A stretch of DNA of 28,528 nucleotides from a virus (taxonomy: Duplodnaviria > Caudoviricetes). How positions within the stretch are numbered: the first letter of the stretch is position 1; each line of letters begins with the position of its first letter. Positions 1-7,581 of the stretch are shown here, in pieces. The stretch covers positions 1 through 28,528 of IMG/VR virus record IMGVR_UViG_3300032305_001754; one strand, given 5' to 3'. The notes below the pieces were generated by a model. It did not search any database, was not told where the DNA came from, and was given only the letters and a program-made list of their open reading frames with translations. A program made the translations under genes and the position numbers.

Positions 1-638
1 CCGGCGAGGTTGAGCGACGGCAGGCCGTTCGCTTGGCAGTACAGTTCCCGCAGCAGCGGCAGCAGCGACGTGTCGAGGACTTGCAGCGAGTTGCTCTGGC
101 AGTACAGGAAGCGAAGCGACGGCGTTCGGGACAAGTCGAGCGACGAGAGCGAGTTGGTCGCGCAGTTGAGCGACTCCAGCGATTCGCAGCCTGACACGTC
201 GAGGAACACAGCCCCGGCCGAGGCCGCACTCAGGGAGAGCAACTCGCCGCTCTGGGTGCGGTTCCCTGCCCAGACGTAGACTTCCTTGGGGCTCGAACCT
301 GACCAGTCGCCTGTCGACGGAATCGCCCTGGTGGCGAACAGGGGCGACGCCGCGCTGGCTGGGCCGACGACTTGAACCTGACCGTCCCACCACCTCACCG
401 TGAAGAAGCCGGAGGCTGTGGTCGCTGAGATGCTGATCGAGCCCGAGGCCTTCGTCGACATCATCCAGGCCATGCCGCGAGGCTTGAGAAGCGGCTCGGG
501 CAGAGCCGGGCTCGGCTGCTGGCCCACAGAGACCTGGGACGGCCCAGCGCCGGCCACAGGCTGGATGATATTCTGCGAGCCGCCCACTGTGACCAAGATC
601 GGATCAGAGGGGGGGGTGACCGCAATGAAGGTCGGCAC
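1..638 (-). CDS. Leucine-rich-repeat protein, runs off the window at its 3' end (absent from the ORF track)
   Basis: Manual translation from GTG at 638 (GAGG upstream) is open to the window edge: MPTFIAVTPPSDP...LDVSGCESLESLNCATNSLSSLDLSRTPSLRFLYCQSNSLQVLDTSLLPLLRELYCQANGLPSLNL. These are 21-residue LxxLxCxxNxLxxLD repeats. Confidence 0.85.
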   Translation of the reverse strand, partial: MPTFIAVTPPSDPILVTVGGSQNIIQPVAGAGPSQVSVGQQPSPALPEPLLKPRGMAWMMSTKASGSISISATTASGFFTVRWWDGQVQVVGPASAASPLFATRAIPSTGDWSGSSPKEVYVWAGNRTQSGELLSLSAASAGAVFLDVSGCESLESLNCATNSLSSLDLSRTPSLRFLYCQSNSLQVLDTSLLPLLRELYCQANGLPSLNLA

Positions 639-648
639 GATCGCCTCG

Positions 649-957
649 TCAGGGGACGTATTCGGCGACGCCCGACAAAGCGGTTCGTCGCCCGCCATCG
701 CTGCTCGTCCAGATCATCTGCCAGCCATAGGAGCCGGCCGGAAGACTTGTCGGAAACGAGAGCGAGACTTGCCCATTCGCGGCGTTGGTCACAGTGGTCG
801 TGATTGGCGACACAATCTGGCCCGTGACGAGCGACATGATCTGCGACGACACGGTGTACGGAGCCAGGGAGACGTCGAAGTCGACGCTGGTCGAGGCCTT
901 GTCGCCGGCCCTGATCTCGACGTTCATCCGGGCGGGCAGTTGCGTGAACGACGACAC
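649..957 (-). CDS. Small beta-rich putative virion/baseplate-type protein
   Basis: 102 aa, LP...GD...DF...G.Y.W...W...RT.L.G pattern typical of small Ig-like phage structural proteins. GTG start overlaps the upstream TAG. Confidence 0.65.
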   Translation of the reverse strand: MSSFTQLPARMNVEIRAGDKASTSVDFDVSLAPYTVSSQIMSLVTGQIVSPITTTVTNAANGQVSLSFPTSLPAGSYGWQMIWTSSDGGRRTALSGVAEYVP

Positions 958-1037
958 TAGATTCGCTCTCCGAGGACGATAGCGATGTCGAGGTCGTCGT
1001 CCTCGTCCCAGCCTTCGAGGTCAGGAACCAGGGACAT
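957..1037 (-). CDS. 26-aa acidic micro-ORF (MSLVPDLEGWDEDDDLDIAIVLGERI)
   Basis: GGAGG 8 nt upstream of ATG 1037. Its TAG overlaps the GTG of the next gene (TAGTG). Confidence 0.5.
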   Translation of the reverse strand: MSLVPDLEGWDEDDDLDIAIVLGERI

Positions 1038-1056
1038 GGCCGGGCCTCCGCAGGGT

Positions 1057-1094
1057 GCTTCTGCACTCTAGCAATGCGGAAGGTCTCGCCTAAA
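1057..1094 (-). promoter_or_regulatory. Putative promoter with extended -10 (TGcTAGAGT)
   Basis: ATTGCTAGAGTG at 1064-1075 matches 10193-10204 at 11/12 positions. Both lie in intergenic gaps ahead of an SD. Confidence 0.5.
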
Positions 1095-1095
1095 G

Positions 1096-1155
1096 TTACT
1101 TGTTCTGTGCCTGCTTGCCGCCGCTCGGCGGGCCTGGGAGCGGCATCCAGTGGGC
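1096..1155 (-). pseudogene. C-terminal remnant of a DUF551-like gene (AHWMPLPGPPSGGKQAQNK*)
   Basis: 1102-1152 is 38/51 identical, ungapped, to 1495-1545, the 3' end of the intact DUF551-like gene. There is no upstream in-frame start. Confidence 0.7.
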
Positions 1156-1163
1156 ATTAGAAG

Positions 1164-1430
1164 TCATCGGGCAGCAGCATCTCGTCTCGCAATCTTCTTG
1201 CCAGCCTCAACGCCAGCAAGGTACGCCGCAGTCAGAACATCGTCTTCGTCCTCTCCTTTGGCTAAATAGACCGCCTCGCAGCGGTCGAACACTTCAGCCA
1301 GCCGGGATCGCCAGAAGGTTAGTTTCTGTCCGCGATGCTTCACAACCAGCGTGATTCTGTCTGTTCGCAGCGGATGCTCCATGTGCCGGTTCTGGGCAGC
1401 ACACAGAGCGCCGTCGTCCTCTTTGCTCAT
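1164..1430 (-). CDS. Hypothetical protein (cassette-like unit)
   Basis: 88 aa, GAGGAG SD, fills the space between the attC-like site and the DUF551 remnant. Confidence 0.7.
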   Translation of the reverse strand: MSKEDDGALCAAQNRHMEHPLRTDRITLVVKHRGQKLTFWRSRLAEVFDRCEAVYLAKGEDEDDVLTAAYLAGVEAGKKIARRDAAAR

Positions 1431-1452
1431 CGTCTTCTCCTCGTACAGGAAG

Positions 1453-1501
1453 CCCTAACCACGCGATGCTGCGGACGAGCCGCAGATTGCTGGCGTTCTG
1501 T
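1453..1501 (+). mobile_element. Compact attC-like (integron cassette) recombination site
   Basis: R'' CCCTAAC, 5-nt spacer CACGC, L'' GAT[G]CTGC, GG[A]C-GA-GCC, L' GCAGATT, 6-nt spacer GCTGGC, R' GTTCTGT. Spacers and both extrahelical bases are at canonical attC positions. Confidence 0.65.
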
Positions 1502-1503
1502 GG

Positions 1504-1845
1504 CTACTTGTCGTCCGCTGGCAGGGGCGGAAGCGGCATCCAGTGCGTGACGTGCTGCTTGCTGCTCAGTGGAGGCAGTCCACTGTCAGGCTCGGCAACC
1601 CAGACCATCACGTCGACGTACCTCGCCGCGCCGGGGATGTCCCGCACCACCAGGACTCGCTGATCCTGGGGCTCCTCATCGGACAGGAGCCGCCACTGGG
1701 CGTGGCCCTTCTCCAGTTCGTCGGCCGCTGCCACCAGTGCGTCTCGCTGCTTCTGCTGGCACTGCTCGGCGTGGGCCAGTCTCTCGACGAGGTCTGTCCC
1801 CATGTGGTAGCCGGCGAGCAGCCTGAGGTCGCTGACGAGACTCAC
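1504..1845 (-). CDS. DUF551-like phage protein
   Basis: W..LSDEEP..RVLV...VTHWMPLPPLP signature. Confidence 0.8.
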   Translation of the reverse strand: MSLVSDLRLLAGYHMGTDLVERLAHAEQCQQKQRDALVAAADELEKGHAQWRLLSDEEPQDQRVLVVRDIPGAARYVDVMVWVAEPDSGLPPLSSKQHVTHWMPLPPLPADDK

Positions 1846-2102
1846 GGATTGTCCCTTCGATTGAACGAGACCGTGGCGTAGGTGCCGACGAACGCGCCGG
1901 CGGCGAGCGGAACGAGGTACAGCGGGTTGGAAGAGTAGGTGATCACGCCGTACGCGAGGAGCGAGTAGAGGAGCGACGAAATCGCTGCCGCAGCCATCGC
2001 GCGGCGACGCTCGACGCAGATGATGTACGCGGCGTAGAGGATGTCCACGGCGACGTAGGTGAGGAAGATGATTCCGGCAGTGAGGGGCGAGAAGTCAGTC
2101 AT
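1842..2102 (-). CDS. Small integral membrane protein (about 3 TM segments)
   Basis: 86 aa, three hydrophobic stretches, 4-nt overlaps with both neighbours. Confidence 0.75.
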   Translation of the reverse strand: MTDFSPLTAGIIFLTYVAVDILYAAYIICVERRRAMAAAAISSLLYSLLAYGVITYSSNPLYLVPLAAGAFVGTYATVSFNRRDNP

Positions 2103-2353
2103 GGCTTCATCCGCTCCAACAGTTCTCGGAGCGCGGCTGCGTATCGCTCAGGCAGTCCGTAGTGCGCAAACCATTGAATGGCGGCTCGCTCCTCGTCGGT
2201 GAGCGTACGTCTCGCCTGCTCCTCCCCCAGGGCGTCTGCGAGCCGTTGGATCATGCAGTCGCGGTGCCACATATGGCACCCGTCGCTATGGGTGCTGACG
2301 CGAGCGGCTTGCTGGTCTCGCCACTCGCGGTAGTCGGCCAGGATGTCTGCCAT
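2099..2353 (-). CDS. Hypothetical phage protein
   Basis: 84 aa with HxxxCHxxHxxC cluster and LTDEERAAI...LRELLER C-terminus. ATGA overlap with the downstream gene. Confidence 0.75.
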   Translation of the reverse strand: MADILADYREWRDQQAARVSTHSDGCHMWHRDCMIQRLADALGEEQARRTLTDEERAAIQWFAHYGLPERYAAALRELLERMKP

Positions 2354-2380
2354 TTTCCATTTTCCAGAACGAGACCCCCC

Positions 2381-2418
2381 ATCGTATCGCCGGCGTCAGT
2401 TGCGTCTACGATTTTTTT
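2381..2418 (-). promoter_or_regulatory. Sigma70-like promoter driving the accessory block
   Basis: A7 tract, TAGACG (2408-2403), 16 nt, TACGAT (2386-2381) in the intergenic gap. Confidence 0.55.
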
Positions 2419-2434
2419 CCACCAGCGATGCTGG

Positions 2435-4012
2435 TCAAGTGACCGTAAAGCCAGCACTCGCCGGGCCTTGCCCAACAGAGTTTGTCGCGCTCATGGTAGC
2501 CATTGCCCCTTGGTAGTCTTGATAGAACCAAGCCACGCCGTTTCCCGCTCCGGGGTTATTTTCCGCTGGCGACAACGCACTGCCGTCGAAGTAGAACGTG
2601 TAGGCAGTGATCGTTGAGTTGCCATTATCGGCGGGGAAGTTGTATTCGATATACGTCCGGTCATTGAATGAATCGTAGTACGCATTGGTGATCGTCGGCG
2701 CGCCCGGCACGGTCGGGGTGTCGTAGTACGCCGTGATCGGCGAACTCCACTCTCCGTTGCCGAGAGAGTTGCTCGCCCGGATTCTGAAGTACCTCGTCGA
2801 GTCTTGCGTCTCGACATTGCGGGATATTGGCGACTGGCTCTGCTGCATTGTTGTCGGGTTGCTGAAAGTAGCCGACGAATCCTCTTGGATTTCGTACCAA
2901 GTGATGCTGCTGCCGCCATTCGCTGGATAAGTCCAGGCCATATTCCACTGGTATGGGTACGATTGGTAGTTCGGCGTAACGCTGAAGTCAGTGATCTGCG
3001 ACGGCGGCGTATTGCTCGCGCTTGCGCTGATGTTCGTGGAAGTCCAAGGGGCATTGCCGATAGCATTCCTGAACCGGACGCGGAAGTAGTAACTGACCCC
3101 GCCAGTGAGTCCGGTGATTTCCTTGCTGAAGTTGAATGACCCCGTGTTCTGATCCGTGAAGTTGAAACTCACCGGGAAGTTCGTGCCGTCGTTGCCATAC
3201 TCAACGTCATACGAAGTGATCGGGGAGTAGTTGGAACTCGGCACGTCGATGCTCAGGATGACTGCGCCTTGGCTCAGGTAAGACGAGTTGGCGCTGGCAC
3301 TTGTTTCGCTCGGGACGTCAGCCACGGTTGCCGTCAGCGTGTCGCTCCACGGGCCGCCTTCAATGCCGCCGTTGTTGGATGCCCGCACCCGGACTTGAAC
3401 CTCCTGCCCGCCGTTCATGGAACTCAGGTCAACTGTGTAGTTGTTCGTGTTTACCGAGAGTGTGGTTTCCATGCCGTTGACGAAGTACGAAACCTCATAG
3501 TCGGTGACGCTCGGCCCGCCGTCATAGGTCGGTTGGTTCCACGCGGCGTAGATGTTGTAGCCCGCGACCGGGGTGGCAGTAAACGCAGTCGGGGCCGATG
3601 GCACGGAGTTAGAGAGCGTGACCATCGGCTGGCCGATTGGATCAGCGGACGGCCCCACGCCGACAGAGTTGACCGCGCGAACGTCAACTTTCACAGACTC
3701 GCCGCCGAGATACAGGGCAGCGAGAACTCCGGGGCTGCTTGCCGCGCTGCCAGCCGCGACCCATGTCGTGCCGCCGTCGCGAGAGTAGTAGATGTTGTAC
3801 CCAGTGATCGGCGAGCCGCCGTTGTTTGGCGCATCCCAATCAACGTCGGCAGCGGCCTGTTGCGTTGTCGATGTGGTCGCGTCGATCCCCGTGACCGCCG
3901 CAGGCACAGTCGCCACGACTGCCGTCCACGCCTCAGCCGCGCCGACATAGACCTTGCTCGGCGTGTTGCTGCCGAGGCGAAACGAGGCGACGGTCGTGCT
4001 GCCAATCTTCAT
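2435..4012 (-). CDS. Fibronectin type III repeat protein (5 FN3 domains), likely virion adhesin
   Basis: Start re-called at ATG 4012 (MKIGSTT). Five P.AP...W..P..GGS.IT.Y...RA.N..G.G..S-type units. Confidence 0.9.
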   Translation of the reverse strand: MKIGSTTVASFRLGSNTPSKVYVGAAEAWTAVVATVPAAVTGIDATTSTTQQAAADVDWDAPNNGGSPITGYNIYYSRDGGTTWVAAGSAASSPGVLAALYLGGESVKVDVRAVNSVGVGPSADPIGQPMVTLSNSVPSAPTAFTATPVAGYNIYAAWNQPTYDGGPSVTDYEVSYFVNGMETTLSVNTNNYTVDLSSMNGGQEVQVRVRASNNGGIEGGPWSDTLTATVADVPSETSASANSSYLSQGAVILSIDVPSSNYSPITSYDVEYGNDGTNFPVSFNFTDQNTGSFNFSKEITGLTGGVSYYFRVRFRNAIGNAPWTSTNISASASNTPPSQITDFSVTPNYQSYPYQWNMAWTYPANGGSSITWYEIQEDSSATFSNPTTMQQSQSPISRNVETQDSTRYFRIRASNSLGNGEWSSPITAYYDTPTVPGAPTITNAYYDSFNDRTYIEYNFPADNGNSTITAYTFYFDGSALSPAENNPGAGNGVAWFYQDYQGAMATMSATNSVGQGPASAGFTVT

Positions 4013-4019
4013 GCTAGTC

Positions 4020-4814
4020 TCATGCTGAGTCGGGGAACGCTGCTGTCGGCGGCGTAAAGTTTGCTGTGTAGCGCGCGGCCTTCGTAATCCGGAAGTCGTC
4101 GATGCTCCCCCGGAACCCGTAGATGCCACCCGCCTCACTGTTTCCGCCAACTCTCACTGCGTTTCCTGAGAGAGTCGGTGATGTTTCACCGGAGGCAGTT
4201 TCGTTTCCGTTGCGGTACAACCTGATGACGCCGCCCGAGAGAACGAGCGCGTAATGTACCCATTCGTTGGACGGTAGATTCGAAGACTCGGAACATAAAG
4301 CCTCGCCGCTGCTCGCATACACCGTCACGCGGCCGCCAGCAATCGTGTGCTTGCCGAAAAACAGGGAACTACTTGTCGAAAAGGAGTCGTAGTTGGCAAA
4401 CATGATCTCGATGGCATTTCGGCCGCCGTCAGTAGAGTAATACCAGCCTTCGATAGTCCACGCGGAAAGTCCGCTGAGTGACAAGTCTGCCGCAGAGGCC
4501 GCCAGATGACTGCTGCCGTCAAGAGACAAACTCTTCCCACCGAACTTGCTCTGCGCTGCAGACTGCGTTGCAGTGCCAGCCGCTGTGATCGTTTTCGTCA
4601 GCGGCGACGAATCGACAAAGTTACTTCCTGAGCCATCCATGTGCAGCAGTAGCGACACGCTGCCGAAAAGCGGATCGCTGGTTGTCGGCCACGTTCCTGC
4701 CCGATTCAGCGACTCTGCTTCGCGCAACGTCCATACGCCGCTCGCCGCAGAGTTGGTTGTCGTTGCCGCAGGCACGCGCCGAAAACCGATGTATCCGCCG
4801 GGGAGTCTTCTCAT
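4020..4814 (-). CDS. LamG/concanavalin A-like lectin domain tail protein
   Basis: DP.F..VSLLLHMDG, SKFGG.S, WTIEGW, WVHYALV, IDDFRITKAARYTANFTPPTAAFP motifs. Confidence 0.9.
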   Translation of the reverse strand: MRRLPGGYIGFRRVPAATTTNSAASGVWTLREAESLNRAGTWPTTSDPLFGSVSLLLHMDGSGSNFVDSSPLTKTITAAGTATQSAAQSKFGGKSLSLDGSSHLAASAADLSLSGLSAWTIEGWYYSTDGGRNAIEIMFANYDSFSTSSSLFFGKHTIAGGRVTVYASSGEALCSESSNLPSNEWVHYALVLSGGVIRLYRNGNETASGETSPTLSGNAVRVGGNSEAGGIYGFRGSIDDFRITKAARYTANFTPPTAAFPDSA

Positions 4815-4829
4815 ACGTCGCCAGCCCTT

Positions 4830-5492
4830 CTACGCATCGAAAACATCAAACCGGGAAGCACTTGCGCCCGCCGGGCCGAGGAGCAATCCGGTGTAGGTGC
4901 CATACGAAAAGTCGCTGTTGACCACGGACAGGATTTGAGTGTTGTTGTAAAACCCGGTAAGCGTGGAGCCACTGACGCGGATGCCAAACGTGTCGCCGAC
5001 CCGCATCGTCGGAATGGATGCACTTGTCAACGTGGCACTGGTGTATTGGTAACTGCGGTACAGGGATGCGGTCTTTGTCGCGGTTACATTCAATCCATAC
5101 CCAATGTGGTAGTTACCCGGATACTCCTCATAAGCCGTTGTCCGCGCCAGCACGGCAAAACTCCCAACCGCACCCACAACGCATTGGGCATAGAAGTTCG
5201 TCCTGCCTGTGTTCAGGACGTTGCCGCAGTTGCCGTAGGCGTCTGCTGTTCCGCGCACGGCAGACGATGAGCCGGAGCGAGCGAGACTGCTGGGGGAGTC
5301 TTCGACCACAAAGTCCCCCCATCGCGGAGAGTGCGACGCCGAAGAGAGCAGTACGCCAGCAGACCCCGCGAACGTGTCTGACAAAAATGGGATTCTGATC
5401 ACGGGCGTATCGCTCAGTCCCCACACGCCACTGGCGGCAGGCGAGCCGCGACGTTCGCGGTTGAATCCGACGTAGCCACCAACCGGCCTCAT
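4830..5492 (-). CDS. Putative tail-associated beta-sandwich/lectin-like protein
   Basis: Shares the N-terminal GGY(V/I)GF...AASGVW.L motif with 4020-4814. S/T/G/Y-rich beta-strand body. Confidence 0.75.
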   Translation of the reverse strand: MRPVGGYVGFNRERRGSPAASGVWGLSDTPVIRIPFLSDTFAGSAGVLLSSASHSPRWGDFVVEDSPSSLARSGSSSAVRGTADAYGNCGNVLNTGRTNFYAQCVVGAVGSFAVLARTTAYEEYPGNYHIGYGLNVTATKTASLYRSYQYTSATLTSASIPTMRVGDTFGIRVSGSTLTGFYNNTQILSVVNSDFSYGTYTGLLLGPAGASASRFDVFDA

Positions 5493-5944
5493 GCGTCACC
5501 TTCAGCGGAAGCCGCCGCGCGTGCCGCACCATACGCGAGCATCATGGCCTCAAACTCCGCGAACGTGAGCGTGTGCCGCTCGCCCGCCATGTCAGTCACC
5601 ACGCAGGGCTGCGTCGCTCCCAACTGGCTCGCCCTCGCGGCGAGAACGTAGAGTCCGGTGAGCAGTGCCACATCATCGGCCTGCCAGCCAAGTCGCCATC
5701 CGCCAGCCGTCTCATAGCCCGCCTCCAGCCACGACGGTTCCGGCGGTGGCGGAAACATCGCGTCCAAGTCGGCCTGCGTCAGCGTCGATCGCGACCAGCC
5801 AGCGTCGGCGAGAATGTCGGCGTTCTCGGCCCACTGCGACGGGTCGGTTCGCGTACTGCCGTCCGTCAGCCTGACGCGGAACGGCAGTTCCAGAGCCGCC
5901 GCGCCGCTCGCATCTCGCCAGCAGGGATCGTTCAGTTCGGGCAT
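5489..5944 (-). CDS. Putative tail fibre assembly/chaperone protein
   Basis: LPFRVRL.DGSTRTD N-terminus, poly-Pro linker, DUF4376-like C-terminus, position among fibre genes. Confidence 0.6.
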   Translation of the reverse strand: MPELNDPCWRDASGAAALELPFRVRLTDGSTRTDPSQWAENADILADAGWSRSTLTQADLDAMFPPPPEPSWLEAGYETAGGWRLGWQADDVALLTGLYVLAARASQLGATQPCVVTDMAGERHTLTFAEFEAMMLAYGAARAAASAEGDA

Positions 5945-6303
5945 CAGGTAATCTCCTCATACGCGACATTGAACACGATGTCGCCGCTCGCGCTCGCCAG
6001 ACCGGCGAGCGTCCACCCCTCCGCAAGGTGGATCGGATTCTCGCGGGACGCGATAACGAGCGAAGCATCCGCCGGCACTGCCACTGTGCTGACGAGCGCG
6101 TGCGAGTTCGTTCCGTCCGTCGTGGTCACGGTCACGTCAGCGGCGTTCGTCCCGTCGATGTTCGCGGCTATGAGCGACACGACTCGGATCGCCATGTTGC
6201 TGCTCGCGCCGCATGACAGGATGGTCTGCGATGATGTCGTGGCGGCAAGGCGGGTGGACTTGAATTCGACGCGGGTTGGGCTGCTTGCATTGGGCGCTGC
6301 CAT
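5944..6303 (-). CDS. Conserved small phage virion protein
   Basis: MAAPN...ANIDGTNAAD...VPADASL...YEEIT pattern common in tail modules of aquatic phages. Confidence 0.75.
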   Translation of the reverse strand: MAAPNASSPTRVEFKSTRLAATTSSQTILSCGASSNMAIRVVSLIAANIDGTNAADVTVTTTDGTNSHALVSTVAVPADASLVIASRENPIHLAEGWTLAGLASASGDIVFNVAYEEIT

Positions 6304-6306
6304 AAG

Positions 6307-6465
6307 TCACATACTCCAGTGGTACGAGGGTGAGAAAGTTTCTGCCTTCCAGAGGCCCGTCGGCGTGAATGCCGTCCAGACCTCCACGTTCCCAATGGCG
6401 ATCTTCGTCGGCGTGGCATCGCCCAACCGGAAACTCAAATCGCCGCTGCCTAGTTTCGCGCTCAT
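6307..6465 (-). CDS. 52-aa protein homologous to the FN3 protein N-terminus (absent from the ORF track)
   Basis: MSAKLGSGDLSFRLGDATPTKIAIGNVEVWTAF... aligns with MKIGSTTVASFRLGSNTPSKVYVGAAEAWTAV. GAGG SD, fills the gap exactly. Confidence 0.8.
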   Translation of the reverse strand: MSAKLGSGDLSFRLGDATPTKIAIGNVEVWTAFTPTGLWKAETFSPSYHWSM

Positions 6466-6479
6466 GTGCCTAGAGCCTC

Positions 6480-7241
6480 TCAGGTGATGACGTAGAGGGT
6501 CGACGCACTCTTGGTCGCGATCGCGTTGTATTCAGCCTGCGTCAGGCTCACGATGTTGGTGATCTGATCGGCCCCCGTGATGCCGGTCGTGTTGCTCGAA
6601 ACCCTTACGTCGAGCGCGGTCTGCAATCCCGTTACAGCGCTGATGGCATGGGCGTGAGAAGACGCAGCCTTCCCGTCGAGACTTGTCTGTAAGTTTGTGA
6701 CGTCACTGATCGCGTGGGTGTGGCTGGCCGCCGCGTACGATCCCGAGGCCTGCTTCCCGTCAATCGCCGTCTGCAAGCCACTGACGTCACTAATGCTGTG
6801 CGAGTGCGTCGCCGGCGTGAACGTCGCTGGCTTATCGGCGATCACCGACCACACCGGCGTGATGTCGGCGAGTTCGATGTACGACGCCTCCTGAGTCTTG
6901 CTTCCCTCGCCCTTGTAGACCCAGCGTCGCCCGTCGGTTGTGGTCACGATCGCGCCGATCAAGACGTCTTCCTGCTGGCCCGACGTCAGGTTGGCGATGC
7001 CGCCGGAAGACACGACCTGATTGGCCGTGCCGCCCACCGCAGCAACCCCGCCGCCGATGCCCCGGATGTAGATGATTCCATCTGCGAGATTGATTGCAAT
7101 CTCGCCCTCGCCGAGCGTCCCCGCGTCCGGCACCTCCCCCGCGATGCGGGAGAACTGGTGGCAATACTCGAAGCCAACCACGGGCGTCGAGTCGAGACTG
7201 CCGCTGCCGAAACTCGAAACCTTGCTCTTCTCGTAGGCCAT
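6480..7241 (-). CDS. Tail fibre protein
   Basis: GEIAINLADG.IY N-terminal motif, HxH-ISDV..LQT.LDGK repeats, C-terminal LTQAEYNAIATK...TLYVIT. GAGGAGGAG SD. Confidence 0.85.
   Translation of the reverse strand: MAYEKSKVSSFGSGSLDSTPVVGFEYCHQFSRIAGEVPDAGTLGEGEIAINLADGIIYIRGIGGGVAAVGGTANQVVSSGGIANLTSGQQEDVLIGAIVTTTDGRRWVYKGEGSKTQEASYIELADITPVWSVIADKPATFTPATHSHSISDVSGLQTAIDGKQASGSYAAASHTHAISDVTNLQTSLDGKAASSHAHAISAVTGLQTALDVRVSSNTTGITGADQITNIVSLTQAEYNAIATKSASTLYVIT
6609..6806 (-). repeat. Three phage tail-fibre HxH repeats
   Basis: HSHSISDVSGLQTAIDGK / HTHAISDVTNLQTSLDGK / HAHAISAVTGLQTALD. Confidence 0.85.
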
Positions 7242-7281
7242 GACTTGCTCCTCCTCGGTGAACTCAAGAACTTGAATAACG

Positions 7282-7581
7282 CTACTGCCGTGTGTGCTGC
7301 TCTCGCCTTTCGATAACTGCGTCGCGAATCTCGATTTGCACCTGGGACAACTCTTTGAGAGTCTCGGCGTGGGAGCGTTGGGTGTGCGAGATTTCGTCCA
7401 GCGTCTTCTGGGTCGACTCCAGGAACTCTGTATGCCCCTTCACGACCGGCACGACGACCGAGTCGTGCAGCACGGTGGCCGCCTCCCTCGTCATCCACAG
7501 GATCGCGCCCAGGATCACGACAGGAACGCCGAACCGCTCCGCGAACTTCATGGCAGTCTCGGCAGCCAGTTGCATCGTCAT
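7282..7581 (-). CDS. Holin-like single-TM plus coiled-coil protein
   Basis: Start re-called at ATG 7581 (AAGGAGG SD, ATGA overlap). ERFGVPVVILGAILW TM followed by heptads. Confidence 0.6.
   Translation of the reverse strand: MTMQLAAETAMKFAERFGVPVVILGAILWMTREAATVLHDSVVVPVVKGHTEFLESTQKTLDEISHTQRSHAETLKELSQVQIEIRDAVIERREQHTRQ

Noticed and set aside
609-616. G8 tract near the 5' end of the LRR gene as a phase-variation switch
   Set aside because: Short, in frame (Thr-Pro-Pro) and plausible by chance in high-GC DNA. It would need read-level length variation.
1082-1104. Resemblance of gtctcgcctaaagttacttGTT to class 1 attI1
   Set aside because: Only loose similarity, and attI sites are not conserved enough to call by eye. 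No intI is adjacent.
1102-1545. The diverged repeat pair as a DGR template/variable repeat
   Set aside because: Mismatches are not confined to adenines, and no reverse transcriptase is in the window.
2421-2435. Hairpin accagc-gat-gctggt after the FN3 gene as an intrinsic terminator
   Set aside because: It is followed by an A-tract rather than a U-tract on the coding strand. The tract fits better as an UP element.
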